A stretch of 63,338 nucleotides of DNA, counting the filler, from Folioceros fuciformis (taxonomy: Eukaryota): NCBI GenBank assembly GCA_049999805.1. It is 6 parts of 6 records of this genome, joined end to end, with 100 filler letters (N's around TTAATTAATTAA, not from the genome) between each part and the next. Parts side by side here need not be neighbours in the genome. Positions count along the whole stretch, not along the records: positions 15,958 to 25,227 come from JBNGIO010005631.1; positions 25,328 to 35,967 come from JBNGIO010005632.1; positions 36,068 to 58,541 come from JBNGIO010005635.1; 3 more parts are not named here. One strand, 5' to 3'. Of the stretch, positions 23,959-36,909 are shown one piece after another. A program made the position numbers and the translations under genes. Position 1 is the stretch's first letter. Each line of letters opens with the position of its first letter. The notes beneath the pieces were generated by a model that saw nothing but the letters and a program-made list of their open reading frames with translations, was not told where the DNA came from and did no database searches.

Positions 23959-24681
23959 CTAGAGTGCGTTGATAAAAGTTGTAGGGATAGGGCAATAATG
24001 TTCACGGAACATTATGGTTTGTTGGAATCTTCTATTTTTCTTGTTTGTCCTCCTGTTCTTCGAATGAGCAGGAGAAGGTAAGGAAGGTTTGAAACTATTG
24101 ATTCTACAAGGAATGTCCAGTTTGCTAGAAGACCAGGATTCAGTATTGTGAAGTACTAGTTGATGAACTAGTTTAGATTTCAACATAACTAGCAATTTGG
24201 AATCAATATCAGAAATATGTTGTTTCAAATTCAGAATATCAAATCCAACAGCGGCAATTCTCTTGTCAGTATTGTTACATCTTTTATTCATGCTTTTCTA
24301 ATGTGCTTCAATTCTCTTGGCCAGATTACTTACAGCATTGAGTTGTTTAACATGCGCAGTAAGAGGGCTTTTGAGATTTGTTCTTAAATTGAAGGCACAT
24401 TGAGCATGAATTTCAGGCAAAGAAGTAATAGCCAAATGTCGCTCATTAGGGTAAAGAACAGCAATCAATGTATTGAAGGACTTCCTTAACTCAATAGCCA
24501 GGATTGATTGGCCTTCATTGAAAGCTATCCAGTCATTGATCTTCTGATGAAGGTACTGTGGAATTGTTAATCTAGCTTGCTTGCCTTTTGACATGCGTAT
24601 CCTGCGACAATTCAGACATTGTGGGAATCGTGCTCCAGATTGCGATAGCCTTTGATTTGGCTTGATTCGATTATTGGCCAT
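23959..24681 (-). pseudogene. ORF0 of copia E, 240 codons, one internal TAG
   Basis: Two in-frame ORFs (24681-24298 and 24291-23959); RFPQCLNC motif followed by a long coiled-coil-like segment. Confidence 0.65.
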
Positions 24682-25327
24682 TCATTTGGCCAGTTAATAT
24701 TTTGACAGAATGCATTAGAAAATGATTATTGCATTCTATTGCTTTGAATACTTTGTAGACTACCTGCAAATCAGGCAGTTGTCCTAGTATATTTCCATCA
24801 GATTGCTCAAGAAGCAATCTGGCAATCTAGCAGAAGTACACTGGGACTGCTACTTTAATTTGCTAGGTTTCATCCTATTTTTAAATTTTTATAGAATGTT
24901 TAGAGCAAGAAATGAATCTTGACTTTCATTTTTATTTTCTTGATATTCAGAATCAAGAAAACATATAATTCTATAAATCAATATATTATGTATAATTCTA
25001 TAAATCATTAATATGTTTATGCATTTACTAGGATGCATTCTGTACACCCTGCTATGATACCATAACAAATAAACTTGTCTATATTAAGAATAATTATGAT
25101 TACATTGTGTGTATCAAAAAGAGCTTAAGACATATGTTGAAAAGACACTTTAGCTCTATCTTAAACAACATAACTGTTCGCTATAAGTCGCAACCCTAAC
25201 GAACGGGCACTTAATAATTATTTATTCNNNNNNNNNNNNNNNNNNNNNNNNNNNNNNNNNNNNNNNNNNNNTTAATTAATTAANNNNNNNNNNNNNNNNN
25301 NNNNNNNNNNNNNNNNNNNNNNNNNNN

Positions 25328-27405
25328 CCATCTTGTCACTTGTATATCCCCCTTTCTCAATCCCATAGCATACGTCATATTGAAATGAATTAACGTAGGT
25401 TGCGCCCTCGAATCTATTAATACCCTTTCCGGCATAAAACCTTCTATCAAAAATTCACATCCACCATTGTCCAGAAATGCAATTCCTGGTCTAACTTTTG
25501 TTCTGTCGTCATTATTCCGCATATTACTATTGAGACAAAGTGAAACTGTCTTGCTTAGCTTCTTACTTGCATCCGACCACTCCAACATCACGTCCTACAA
25601 AAAGTTCTCGAATTTTTGCTTCGCTCACCCCCACCTTAACACCCAACTCTAACACGCTTCAAATACAACCGATCAAATCATTCTGAGACACCTGCATTCT
25701 CTTATTCCCCTGCTATTCCATCACTTTCACTACTATGCCACACATTTTCTCACCAAAATCTTTCATATCCACATCTAATACTTCAAATGATTGCGGATAT
25801 TTCCAACCTGCCACCGCCAATCTTCCATGATCCTTATGTTGACCCTCCAATCTTGTGTTGTATCTTTTTTGAACAACCTCTACTTCCAATTCATCTTCCA
25901 TGTTCACCTCACAAACGAATGCATCCAGCCAAAACTCCTTATAAGCCTCCTCCTCCTCACCCAAATCCTTCCTTTTCTCCATTGTTTTAACTTCCTTGAT
26001 CTTGACTCCTCTATTCTGGCTGCTAGCTGCCTTCAACCTATCGATTTCAGCTTTCAAATATGCTATATGCAACTCCAACAATCTGTGAGGCCTGTCCATC
26101 CGACCCAAGTTATCTCCATTGGATCCCCCATACCGATTTTCTTTTGCTCTTTGCACCTGCTTCACATTCTTAACATTCTGCCCCCTAAGACCAAACTTTG
26201 TAGGCTTGAGAGATGGGTACTTTTACCAACAGACTTTCTCCAAATGACCCTTTTTCCCACAATGTCTACAACCCGCATCCCTCTGAATCAAACACTCCAT
26301 CATCACATGTGTACCGCCTCCACAACGCAAGCACTTTATTCCCTTTTTTGCTTCTACATTCATAACAGGCTTCATATACCTGTTGTCCACTCTTGGCATA
26401 TTTGATTGCTGTTGCCAAGTTGGTCTCCATTTAGGCAAATAATTATGTCGAGGAACTATTGCTGAAAATGCGCCTCCTTTCCTATCTGTTCCAACTTTTC
26501 TTCCCATAGCCTTTAGTAACGTCTCGCCTGCTCATGTTTCTCTGCAATTGGGTACACCTGATCCAACGTATGTCTTACCATATAGCGACGTTAACTCTCT
26601 AAAGACATCCTCCTTTATATCCTCATCCAGATTGCAAATGTATTTGAAACACACTTCCATCTCTTTGTGCATCCCCGTATCTGTCACCAACTAGCTAGTC
26701 CGATTATAAAACATGAGTGTCATTTCATTAGGTTTTCTCCTCAAGTTTGCTAACTCTTCTATCTTCATATTATTAACCGATGGAAATCTCATTTCCAACC
26801 GAATGAAGAATTCTTTTACCAAATGCATGCTTACTAGTCACCACCAAATCCATGAAACTTCTCAGATAAAATTTGTAAGTATCTCCACACAACAAGTTCC
26901 CTAACAAAGTAAATTCATATCTAGGATCCAATTCAATGTCCTCACCCCCACACTCCTACAACTTAATCATATAAAACATGCACATTAACCGTTTAATAGA
27001 CACCGATGACTTGGGATGCCCTGAATACTTCTCAATTTTTACAGGTAATACCACTCCACCTCTGCCCTTCCTTTCCAACCCAAAAGTTTTCTTAGTTGAC
27101 AAGCTCAACATTTGGCTCTCTGGTCTTCTCATCAGCTTTCCCATGTCATTCACTTCTCCTGGTTGCCCTTGCACTTCCATAGGTTCCACGGTCCGGTTTT
27201 GTACGTCCATAACAAGTTCTTTATCTTTGATCACAAACCCTCTTTCCTTGCATAAATACCTCCATTCCTCGTTAGACAGTTGTAGTCTCTCTTCTCTTGC
27301 TTCTACTCCTTCAAATGTTTTATGTCTCTTATTTGCATCTCCATCAAGATTTGCATTTCCAACTTCTCCCTCCATCTCTCTACCCAAAATATTCGCCCTA
27401 TGCAA
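25328..27405 (-). mobile_element. Decayed gypsy-like gag-protease
   Basis: Tandem knuckles CLRCGGGTHVMMEC and CRHCGKKGHLEKVC; protease VLIDSRAQP. Confidence 0.65.
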
Positions 27406-28753
27406 ATTTCACATACAAACAACATACATACATTTGACATACATTCAAATACATAAAAGGGTAGCGTTTGAGAGAACTTTGGAAAGAACGCAGTGTCGAG
27501 AGTTCGGCGAACATGGCGGGCAAGAAGAAGGAGCGGGCTGTGGCGAGTGAGCTTCTAAGGCACGGGTGAGGGGATTGGCTAAAGATAGCGTTCGAAAGCT
27601 AGCAACGTAGAGGCTAACCAAGGCTCAGTTGTTGCGACAACTTCAAGAGCAAGCGGAGGAGTTGGAGAGGCTAAAAGGCGGTCTCAGCCCTTAGTTGGAG
27701 CGACTGCAAGATGTTGTGACCAACATTTGCAGGTCTCCTGTGTTGCCTCCACCACCATGTAGTGAGTTGCTGCTGGCAGGTAGCACAGCAAGTTAGAAAG
27801 AGAGCAAAGGAGATGGGAGGGTGGTCGCGCCGGAAGCCGGAGTGAAGGAGGCGTGGGGAGGCAAAGAGGTGAGCGCAGTGGTGGGAGGCTTGGTGGAAAT
27901 TTCAGCGGAACCAGAGGAATTTGTAGAAGCAGCGGCTGCAGCAGTGAAGAAGCCAAGGGGAGCGGTGGGTGAGAGGTGAAGCAGAGCTTTTGCCAGCAAT
28001 TCGAGAAGGGAGCGAGGCAAGTGGTGGAGGTAAGGCCAATTTGGCACTTCAAAGTGTAGGGGAAGAGGTGTCCAAGGCGCAATTGTTTGCCCTGATGGTT
28101 GTGTCGGCGAAGTACCGGGAGGCAAGCGCTGTGAGTGGAAGGTCTAGCTTGCCAGCAAGTCTGCCTCCAGCAAAGCGCAAGGAGGAGGGCGTTGAGAGTG
28201 GGAGAGCGGGTTTGTTGGTAGGTAGAGCTCCAGCGGAGCGCTAAGAAAAGGAGGAAGGAAGGGCGGTGGTAGGAGAAGACAGGGTGGACGAGAGGGAAGG
28301 CGAGAAAGAAAAGGGGAGTGACGCGCTCGCTAGAGGGGAGCGACAACTATCTGTGGTTTTGGGCATAGTCTCGAGAGGGTTCGCCATCGACAGATCAATC
28401 AGAGGAAGCGGCCGTGTTTGTGCCCAGGCCTAGGCGAGAGCGGTTATTTGTGTTCAATTCTTCTTCGCAAAAGACTTGTAAGTTGACCACCAAAGACCAA
28501 GGAAAACCAAATGGGACTTAAAAAGACAAAAAACAGAAAAGGAAACAAACGAAACCATGCGTTGGGCAAAACACTCAAAATGGTAGGATAGGAGCCATTC
28601 TCATACCCCAAAATTTCTTATTCTACAATTGGGAAAGAGATTGTCAAAAGAAGGAATTTGGTGAACCAAAGAAGGACTTGAAACGCAAGGCTCATATTGC
28701 TGCTAAAGACTCCAAGCAAATTATTCACAAGAGTTCAACTACAACCTTGACTC

Positions 28754-29505
28754 TTTTTTTTATGGGAAAAAACTTGATTCTAACAACTTATGTTGTCTAC
28801 AAGAAGACAAATGATGCCAAGGATTCATCCCCTACCTATGACTGACTAACTATAACCCTAAGGCAAGAAGGGACTCCCTCCTTCCTTTGTTTCTAAGCCA
28901 ACTATGCTAATAATATAACTTGTCACTACAGTCACCCTCTCCATAGGCAAGAGTGGTTCCATACCACTTGTTTCCTTGGAGCGAGGAAACCAGCAAGCCT
29001 CCAATCCTTACACTTAAACTTATGCTGCACTAAGACCCTTACACATTCTGTTGCAATGAGAAGTTGTTTCCAAATCTGCCAAAGCAAAGATTTGATGGGC
29101 ATTGTGTTCTTTACCCCATACACCACCACTGTCCAATTTAGCCAAAGGTTAGATAAACAGGAGCTCCATAATAGCCCCCACCATTGATATTGAAACAAAG
29201 GCATGCTTGTTAACTTATGTAGGCCAAATAGGGCAGCCTACTCCGAGAGCACCACATTGGCCTCTAGGAAGAAGTGTTGGAGCCATGTACCAACCTCCTT
29301 TCAAATTGCTTGGGCATAGTCGTAGTGAAAGAATATATGCTAACTTTTATTCGGAGCACCAACACTACACATCCTGCAAACTCCCTCACCAGCTGCAACC
29401 AAAAGCACATCCCATCTGTCCACCATCGGCAAGCAAGCTTGAAAGAAGCACTAAATCAAAAGCCTCACCTTTGGGGGGATTCCAATTGACGTCCAAAGGA
29501 GCTTG
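28754..29505 (-). mobile_element. LINE 3' part (host of copia F)
   Basis: QWWGLLWSSCL...WNHSC as in the 10.8 kb LINE; T-run at 28754-28761. Confidence 0.8.
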
Positions 29506-29766
29506 TAAAGCGGCAATGTATATGGTGCAAAGATGCGCGTATTGACTGATTAAGTTCAGGGTCTTATATACACGTTACCGTATTTAGTTGAACCGTAATT
29601 AACTGTTTTATAGTTTGTAACTATGCGAACTGCCAATTCTCATAACTAGACGAACCGTGCCCTAATCCCGTCGAGTCTCCGTTCCGTCAACGTGTCGCTT
29701 TTGTCATAACACTCCCCCTCGGTGCGGATAAGGAGATTGCTAGGCTGGTCAGTCAGTCTTCGACAA

Positions 29767-30030
29767 ATGGCCTCTTTGGTGCGTGCATGTCTTCAGTTGT
29801 TGTTGTGCTTGCTGTCCGCGCTATGATGGCTGCTGCAGCTAGCGAGTTGTGCTATACAGGTTACATGTGAACTCGTGGAGAAGCGCGATTTGTCTGCTGT
29901 GATGGCGCGCGAACCCTTTAAGAAGGGACGCGGGGCAGTCACTTTTACGGCTCCCTCGAAGGGGGCGGAGGTGGACGCAATTATGAAGAGGTTTAAGGTT
30001 GCCGTGACGCAGCCTTTGCTTGACGACTAA
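29767..30030 (+). pseudogene. Candidate antisense ORF in the 3' region of copia F (87 codons, one TGA)
   Basis: MASLVRACLQLLLCLLSAL*WLLQLASC...PFKKGRG...QPLLDD*. Confidence 0.4.
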
Positions 30031-33000
30031 GCTGCTTGTGCTGTAACGGAGTCGTTGGAGTTGTAGCTCCCCCTTCGTCCGATTGCTGGATGTGTGCAGA
30101 ATATACGTCTTTGCTAAGTAGTCCGATTCCCCTTCTGTGCTTGTCGAGCTGCTGCTTTGCCAGCCCCTTGGTTAGAAGATCGGCCGTGTTCTCTGTTGTG
30201 CTCACGTATATCAACTTCACGTGCTTGTTGGTTACCACCTGCCGGATGAAATGGTGTTGGATTTCAACGTGTTTTGTCCTTGCGTGGAGGACCGGGTTTA
30301 GTGTCATGGCAATGGCGGACTGGTTGTCGCACTGCAACTCTGTTGGCTGTTCCTGGTCCTCGTGCAGATTATGCAGAAATTGTCGAATCCAGAGTATTTC
30401 CTTCGCGGCCAGAGCTGTGGCTGCGTACTCGGCCTCGGTTGATGACAAGCATACAGTCTGCATCTTTTTGCATGCCCAAGAAACAGTGACGTTGCTTATG
30501 ATCATGCAATATGCTGCTGTAGACTTGCGAGCATCGGGGTCACCTGCCCAGTCTGCATCTGAAAATGAGGTTAGTACGCACTTCTGAGCTTTAGGGTCTC
30601 CCTAATACTTGATGCCGAGTGACTTTGTCCCTTTGAGGTAACGTAAGATCCTCTTTACACAGGTCCAATGTGCTGTGCCGGGGTTCGACAGGTATCTGGA
30701 CGCAACGTTGATAGCTTGTGCTATGTCGGGCCGAGTCCATATGGCCAAGTAGAGCAGACTACCCACTGCCTCGCTATAGGGTATGTTTTCCATCTCTTTA
30801 GCCTGCTCAATAGTTGTTGGGCTGTCGAGAGCTGACACTTTCTTGCCTGCTACAGTGGGAGTTGATACGGGTTTTGCATCCATCAAGTTGAATCTTGCGA
30901 GAAGCTGATCTACGTAGTGCTCCTAATGGATGAAGAAGGAGTGCTCGACTGGGTTTCTGTCAAATTGTACTCCGAGTGCGTACCGTAGTATCCCCATGTC
31001 GGCTACCTCATATTCTTTTGTGAGCAAGTCCTTCGCGTGCTGGATTATCTGTGGGTCGGTCCCGAAGATAAAATTGTCGTCCACATATAAGGTGACGATC
31101 ACATACTTATTGCTGTTGATTCTTAACATGTACACACTTGTGTTGGCTGTGAAGGGTGTAAACCCACACTTCTTGAGGTAAGAATCCACCGTTTCGTTCC
31201 AGACTTGTGCTGATTGTTTAAGGCCGTAGATTGACTTAAGTAGCTTGCAAACCTTTCGCTGATCCTGCACAAATCTAGGTGGCTGAAGCATATATATGTC
31301 TTCATGTAGTGTCCCATGCAAGAAAGTCGTTTTGATATCGAGCTGGTGGATATCGAGCTTATGTTGTGCGGCAAATGCCAAGAGAACTCTGATGGATGTT
31401 GCCTTTACCACTGGGCTAAACAGCTTAGTTTCCTCATAGTCAAAACCTGGGATTTGGGTAAATCCCTGGGCTACAAGCTTGGCCTTATACCATGACACGC
31501 TTCCATCTGGGTTGAGCTTTCTCCGGAAAGTCCACTTACAAGAAATTGGCTTTTTGCCCTGTGGTAAGTCAGTAAGGATCCAGGTTTTATTTGAAAGAAG
31601 TGAGTCGTATTCAGATTGTACCACTGCTTTCCATTCGGGTATGTTGAGAGCTTCCTCAATTGTTGCAGGTACTCCTTGCATTTCAATAGCTGATAAGGCT
31701 TGATGCATGGCGAGGTGTGCCTGATCGACTGGTGTCAGTGCATCTGAAGGTAGGGATGCACTGGGAGAGGAGATCCTACTGACCAATGTGTCTCCTGGAG
31801 TATAGGGTGGATCCGACCACTCGGTCCTGGGAGGTCTATGCCTGGAAGAGCATCTTAAAGTCTGTACATCTGGTAAGTGAGGAGGTTCAGAACCTACAGG
31901 TTGATTAGAATTTACCTCTCGTACTGCTAATGGAGGTAATGTGAGGGCCTCTTGATCTTGGAAGGAGGATGACTGATCGGAGGAGTAAGTATCGTCATCG
32001 TGTGTGCCCCCCTCAAGATCAAGAGGGGGATAACCATGAAGACCAGGTTTGGGAACTGGAGTTGATGTAGACGTGCTATGGAGGTAGGTTTGGAGCAGGA
32101 GAGGTTCATTGAAGTGAACACTGCGGGAGAGGGTTACCTCATGAGTTGAGGGATCGAAGAGTTTGTAAGCTTTGACTTGATCGGAGTAGCCTATGAACAG
32201 GAGCTTCCTTCCCTTGTCCCATTTTTTTCTGGTGCTTGAGGCTATATGAGCAAAGGCTGGACTACCAAAAATACGGAGGTGAGAGATGCGAGGCTTGCGA
32301 CCTGTCCAGGGCTCAAAGGGAGTAGTATTAGGCAGATCCTTGGTGGGCAGACGGTTTTTAAGGTAGATAGCTGTGGAGACTGCTTCGGCCCAATAGCCAC
32401 GAGAGAGGCCTGAAAGCTTAAGGAGAGCGGGAGATTTCGAGGATGGACCTGTTAAGTCTTTCGGCAAATGGGTTCTGCTGAGGTGTGTGAGGAACAGTGT
32501 ACCGACGTTGAATGCTGTGGGTTTGGTAGAACTGGTGAAATTCATGGCTAATGTATTCCCCGCCGTTATCTGAGCGGAGGACTGTGACCTGGAATCCAGT
32601 GTGGCGTTCTGCCAAGGAGACAAACTCTTGAAAGCGGGCAAGGGCTTTGCTCTTGTGTTTAAGGAAAAAGATAAGACAGTAACGACTCCACTCGTCGAGG
32701 AAGGTAATGAAGTATTGATGCCCCCCAAAAGATGTAGTGCTCATGGGACCGCAAATGTCTGAGTGTACAACTTCTAGGAGCTTGCGGGCACGAGTTGGAG
32801 TAGTATTGGTAAAGGGGTTCTGGTTTAGTTTCGTATACTGACAGATCTCACAAAAGAAGTCTGAAGGTACCTTAAGCTTGATAGGGTCTTTATACATGTC
32901 TGGATTGGCTAATTGACTCAAGTATCGGGGGTTCATATGACCTGCCTTGCAGTGCCAGAGCAGTGACTCCTTGTATGAGCTGGAGAGGGTGCCATCAACA

Positions 33001-34439
33001 AGAAAAGATGATGAAGATTGGATATTCAGGAGGTAAAGATCATTATATGGCAGACCATGGGCAAGGGCAGTGCTACCTGGATCGGTAGAGTGGTGAATGG
33101 TGCAGTGGTTACCTTGGAAAATGATTACCAGACTGTGTTCAGTGGCTAGCTTCCTGACGGAGAGTAAATTTTTGGTCATTGTAGGGACGTGGAGCACCCC
33201 GTTGATGGTGAGTGTTTCGCCATTAGATAGTCGAAGTTGTACTTCGCCGGTGCCGATGATGGAAAGAGGGCTGTCATCTCCCAGCAGCACGTGTTGGTTA
33301 GAGGGCACGTCGTGATACGTGCTAAACATGTCTCTACTGCTACAAATGTGAGTTGTAGCGCCGGAGTCGAGAAACCATCTGGTCTTGTCGGTCCTCGTGA
33401 GGGTGAGGCAAACGGCCAGGATGGAATTTGTCTGGGTGGTCCTCGAAGTAGTGAGGTGAGACTCATTCCAGGGTGTGTCCCTCCTTGGCTCTCCGCTCTG
33501 CTTTTTCCTGCACTCGTGCTCAAAGTGGCCTGGTATTTTACACCAGTTGCAGATGCCCTTTTGAAATGATCTGTTAACTGGGCGATTGCTGGGAGCAAAA
33601 TTGCCTTGTGGTGCTTGCCTAGGTTGTCTGCGAGTCAAGAGATTGTTGCGGAAACCTCCTCTACGAGCTCCACGACCCCTCGATGTGAAAAGCGAGTGGT
33701 TGGGTCCAGTTGCAGGCTTATGTATAGTTGATCGGCTAGCTACTTCCTCCAGAAGGGCTCCGAGAACTTCTGTGAATGTGTACGCAGGTATTGATCCTGC
33801 TTGAGCTGCACTTTGTGCCTGGCGAAGGGCTGAACTTTGTGAGCTCACGAAGGTTCTGTATGAAGCAGGAAGAGAGGTTAGTAGGGCGACCGCCGCCTGG
33901 TACTCGTTCAGTGGGCTTCCACTTGATGCAAGTCTTGCTCTTGCTGCTCTGAAGTTGTGTACATGTTGTTCGACTGTTTCGCTCTCCTTCATTCTCAGCT
34001 GATAAAATTGCCGTGTGGCATTTACGATAGACATGGAGCTTTGCGCTGCGAACATGTCTTTAAACACTCTCCAGATCTCGTGGGCAGTCTTCTGACCTTG
34101 AGTATGTTGGAGCATGTTTTTGTCGAGTGATGAGAATAGGATGCTAATGGCTCGTTTATCTTTCTTTGCCAAGGCTGCAATTTCGTTGGCGGTGGCGCCT
34201 CCTGCAGCTGTGGGTTGATGAACTGTGCCGTCCACGATCCCCATAAGGTCGTGCTCTTCCAATAATGGAGTGACTCGCATCTGCCAGGTGTCGTAGTCGC
34301 TGCCGATGAACCTGTCTCGGTCCCTGAACTCAATCTTTGTTGTGTTGACAATTGATGTGCTGGTAGTTGGGTGTGTTGTCAATGCTCTTGTCTCTTGCCT
34401 CCTGGTGCCGCGATTCTGCAGGGGGTCAAAAGGGAGCAT
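29993..34439 (-). pseudogene. copia F gag-pol, few disablements
   Basis: 673-aa and 601-aa ORFs; CCHC, DSGA, integrase DDE region, YVDD, RNase H. Confidence 0.95.
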
Positions 34440-34453
34440 GCGCGGTGCGCTAA

Positions 34454-34732
34454 TTATTGACTCCGGGTTGTGAACAAGTCACGCATCAAAGCGGTTATGA
34501 TTTCCATCTGAGATTCGAGACAAATTATCTAGATTCGGAGATGATCTTCAGAGAGAGAATCGTGCGGGCGGTCCTGTTCATTAGCAGGTGAGCGTAGTGG
34601 AAGGAAGACTGTTCTGGTTCGGTAGGATTCACAGAATTCGGTACGCTTATTGCAGTTGTTGCAGGGCGCGTTGGGAAAGCGCGGTGGCCGCGCTTGCGAT
34701 GTGCGAATGGGCTGCACCTTACTCCGAGGCAT
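34454..34732 (-). pseudogene. ORF0 of copia F, 92 codons, one internal TAG
   Basis: MPRSKVQP...RFPNAPCNNCNKR...LRI*IICLESQMEIITALMRDLFTTRSQ*; homologous to ORF0 of H. Confidence 0.7.
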
Positions 34733-35087
34733 CTCGCAGATTCAGGGTCAGACGTCGGAGTTGCTGTGCTTGGCACCCTGAGCCATAAAAACCTGGTTGT
34801 CGCTGCGTGCGGACGTAGGTCACACGGGGCGTCGAGGCTAATCTGCACGCCAAAGAACCATCTGGCTCTGATACCATAAAGCCGCAATGTATATGGTGCA
34901 AAGATGTGCGTACTGACTAATTAAGTTCGGGGTCTTATATACACGTTACCGTATTTAGTTGAACCGTAATTAACTATTTTATAGTTTGTAACTATGCGAA
35001 CCGCTAATTCTCATAACTAGACGAACCGTGCCCTAATCCCATCGAGTCTCCGTTCCGTCAACGTGTCGCTATTGTCACAACAGCTTG

Positions 35088-35810
35088 ATGGTAGAGCGTT
35101 GCTGATGCTCAAATAGCATCATACTTGGAGCCATCGGTTTACGTTGGTTGCCCCTCTGTAGTCCAGCCATCTAGTGATTAACATATGCGGTGCAAAAATT
35201 AAAAAAGGATATGGTTCCCTCTTGTTGACTACCTGGCTGTTTGGGCCATCTAAAGAGGTTAGGTCACATGGTGAGCTCCCAGTTCGTTACAAGGTGAAAC
35301 CAGCACCGGTTGAGCGGCTTGCTTACGGACTTAAGCTCTCTAGGCACCTCTTCCTCAATGAGCCATCTAAAATGGGTGCAGGATAGCGTTCAGAGCCAAC
35401 CGGGTGAATATCGTAATGGGCCCTATTCACTTGCCGCCAAACATCCAGTCCTCTTGACCTTGGCCATGTAGAAAAACCTTTTGGGAAAGCTACCTTGAAA
35501 GACTGTACAACTTTGTGGTCACTATTGTGGGAAATGAAAACTGCTCTGTCAAATTCTGGCAAAGCCAGGTCCTCATCCAAGTCTTCCTCACCCTCCCTGC
35601 CTTCCATTGAATGAGCTCCCCACGTTGCCACTCCCACCATAGCTTGTGACTTCAGCGCTTGTCTAACTCCTTCATCCATACCACATTGTAACCAACTGCA
35701 ACTGATTCTGACATGACAGGTTGGAATGTCAAACTCCTCCCTAATTGTGTTCGGCTCCTTCCAACACTTTTATGCCCTTTGCCATAAGTGACCAACAAGA
35801 TGTCAATAGG
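35088..35810 (-). mobile_element. LINE continuation on the other side of copia F
   Basis: LALPEFDRAVF...VQSFKV; the empty-site sequence GGAGCTTGATGG matches the LINE near 11330. Confidence 0.8.
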
Positions 35811-35820
35811 ATCGACTCCA

Positions 35821-35967
35821 GTCCTCAAAATCTATTCCATATGTCTGGGCATATCCCTTGGCCACAAGCCTTGCCTTGTACTTGTTGATACTACCATCTG
35901 CGTTGTGTTTGACCTTGTACACCCATTTGCAACCTATTGGTTTCTTGCCTTCAGGTAGTTGTACTAG
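35821..35967 (-). mobile_element. Isolated copia RT fragment
   Basis: [17 protein letters not shown]...[18 protein letters not shown]. Confidence 0.85.
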
Positions 35968-36067
35968 NNNNNNNNNNNNNNNNNNNNNNNNNNNNNNNNN
36001 NNNNNNNNNNNTTAATTAATTAANNNNNNNNNNNNNNNNNNNNNNNNNNNNNNNNNNNNNNNNNNNN

Positions 36068-36343
36068 TATATCTTTAATTAATATTAAACTAATCACCCA
36101 ACCCTATGGCCTTGTACCGAACCTAAACCTTCCCAGGTCTGGGACCAAACCTATACCCACTCTTATAACCAAACCCACTATTTCCTAGTCAATTAACCCA
36201 ATTAGCACAAAGAAAAATAGGAAAAATAACCAGAAAATCAAGGAAAATTAGGAAAAATAAGTTGAAAAAGAAAACCAAACCATATCACTATTAACCCTTT
36301 TTCAACCAAAACAAACTACTACCCCAAACTTTGGAGGTTCACA
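36068..36343 (-). repeat. LTR end of family X, inserted in copia G
   Basis: Near-identical reverse complement of 58289-58541; terminus TGTGAACC; borders a gap. Confidence 0.8.
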
Positions 36344-36909
36344 CTGCTGCTACGGAAAGTCGCGATCTTCACATCGGTGGTGGCGCCGCGACCTGGATTT
36401 CTTCACAAGCATGGTGCAATCTGAAAGCAACGGGTTTTCCAGCCAAGGGCGCTCACAGAATGATAGAAATCGTGAAGAGGAATCCCAAGGCTCCTGCAAA
36501 TCTGCAGTGCCAGAAAAAGTTTGGCCAACCACGGCGCACAGGCGCGCGCTGCTGAATTTAGCCTGCAGGTGGAGACGCGGGTGGAGGAAAGAGAAGATGA
36601 CAGGCCGCTGACTGTGGAGGAGTATAGAGAAATGCTGAGGGAGCTCGAAGCTCAAGGCCTGTACACACCAGGGACGAAGAACGCATGACACTAAGGTGAG
36701 GACAGTCTCGTGATAGCAATCTCCATGTCACAGGATTAGGTAATAGTGAGGCTTCATCCGCTGAAAAACATGGAGACTGATGGTGGCCAACCTAACAGAT
36801 TGTGTTCCCACTGCAGGTGAACAAGACAACCAAGCTGGAAAAAGGGTCACAGTAGGGAGACTAGCTCTGTTGCAAACTCTGTGGGGCTGTCCACCATGTA
36901 AGCATTCAA

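Larger units (their letters stand above)
18322..25227 (-). mobile_element. Ty1/copia element E, near full length
   Basis: Matching LTR parts at 18322-18420 and 25126-25227; PPT AGTGGGAG at 18491-18498; PBS TGGTATCAtAGC at 25051-25062; domain order gag-PR-INT-RT-RH. Confidence 0.92.
29506..35082 (-). mobile_element. Complete Ty1/copia element F with 206-bp LTRs and 5-bp TSD GCTTG
   Basis: LTRs at 29506-29711 and 34877-35082 (11 mismatches by eye); TSD at 29501-29505 and 35083-35087; PBS at 34865-34876; PPT at 29712-29720. Confidence 0.97.

Noticed and set aside
30036-30587. Long opposite-strand ORFs over pol, gag or CHK (also 25791-26405, 26978-27550, 52237-52791)
   Set aside because: Shadow frames of real coding sequence
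34733-34786. Upstream MAQ start for ORF0 in F and H (57372)
   Set aside because: Followed by an aligned TGA in both copies; the MPR ATG is the better-supported start
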